Origin: Chiloscyllium plagiosum
Taxonomy: Eukaryota
Direction: 5' to 3'
Length of the DNA stretch: 64,000 bases
Assembly: GCF_004010195.1 (NCBI RefSeq)
Contig: NC_057718.1
Location: 40,938,023 to 41,002,022, forward strand
This document shows, piece by piece, positions 63,033 through 64,000 of the stretch (position 1 is the stretch's first letter; every line of letters begins with the position of its first letter). A program made the position numbers and the translations under genes. Below the pieces are notes generated by a model. It worked only from the letters and a program-made list of their open reading frames with translations. It was not told the origin of the DNA and did no database searches.

Positions 63033-63910
63033 TGAAATAAAAACAGAAATTGCTGGAGAAACTCAGCAAGCTTGGCAGTATCTGTGGAGAGAAAGCGGAG
63101 TTAACATTTTAGGTCCAGTGATCCTTCTTTAGAATTGACTGTAGCTAGGAAAAGTTGATATTGAAGAGAGGGTAAGGGGAGGTGAGAGAGAGCAAACAGT
63201 AAGTGGAGATAGATTGCAGAGAGATAGCCAGGTAAATAGACAAGGTCTTTTCCCCAGGGTGGAGCAGTCCAAAACTAACGTGCATAAGTTTAAAGTGAGA
63301 GGGGAAAGATTTAAAAAGGACCTAAGGGGCAACTTTTTCATGCAGAAGGCAGTGTGTGCATGGAATGAGCTGCCAGAGGAAGTGGTGGTGGCTCATACAA
63401 TTATAACATTTAAAAGACATCTGGATCGGTATATGAATAGAAAGGGTTTAGAGGGACTTGGACCAAATGCTGTCAAATGGGACTAGTTTTATCTAGGATA
63501 TCTGCTCAGCATGGATGGGTTGGACTAAAGGGTCTGTTTCCCTGCTATACAGCTCTATAACTTCATGACTAACAGCAGTTGGGCAGACAAAGGAATGGGG
63601 AAAGGTTAGCCTGGGAGAATCAAGCGCTGCTAATGGGGACCATATAACTGACAACGGGTAGATTGTTGTGGCAGCTCATGTGTGTGGAGGTGTGTGTGAA
63701 GACATAAAAGAAAGTACTCAGACCCTAAAATTATTGAACATGATATTGAATCCATAAGGCTGCAGTGTCCCCAAGCGAAAAATGAGATCCTGTTCTTCCA
63801 GCTTGCACTGAGCTTCGCTGGAGAACTGCAGCATGCCTGAGACAGAGATGTTGGCCAGGGAACATGGTGGTGTATTGAAGTGGCAGGCAACTGAAGGCTC
63901 AGGATCAGTA
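63033..63910 (-). mobile_element. PLE 3' end: GIY-YIG C-terminus, 3' UTR and decayed hammerhead; split by CR1
   Basis: 63906-63718 translates DPEPSVACHFNTPPCSLANISVSGMLQFSSEAQCKLEEQDLIFRLGTLQPYGFNIMFNNFRV*. Minus strand CTAAAGA-A-GGATC-ACTG-GACCT-AAAAT-GTT-AACT at ~63132-63098. Confidence 0.85.
63228..63570 (+). mobile_element. HER1-like CR1 3' end nested in the PLE 3' UTR
   Basis: ORF 63214..63486 VNRQGLFPRVEQSKT..HKFKVRGERFKKDLRGNFF. Confidence 0.9.
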
Positions 63911-64000
63911 TTGTGGTCGTCCAGTCTGAGTTTTATCTCACCAGTGAACTGGAGGAATTATTATGAACAGAGAATACAGTAGACTCGATTGAGTGAAGTT

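Overview
Repeat-saturated, AT-rich eukaryotic DNA with no recognisable intact host gene. The HE1-type V-SINEs with (TCTAA)n tails and many HER1/CR1 LINEs point to an elasmobranch (shark), probably an intron or intergenic region. Most listed ORFs are fragments of decayed retroelements. These comprise at least two CR1-type families, an RTE LINE, an L1/Tx1 3' end, two solo LTRs, Harbinger transposase relics and tRNA-derived SINEs. The most striking signal is a dense set of Penelope-like element (PLE) relics from several families. Five carry recognisable GIY-YIG endonuclease fragments, and their 3' regions carry minimal type I hammerhead ribozyme motifs (CUGANGA-A-stem II-GAAA-[CGU]-H). They occur as (i) 90-135 bp mini-elements, mostly TSD-flanked, whose 5' ends sit just upstream of the catalytic core, and (ii) head-to-head palindromes, one centred almost exactly on the ribozyme. 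Family names come from motif recognition by eye, not database searches. Boundaries of old repeats are approximate.
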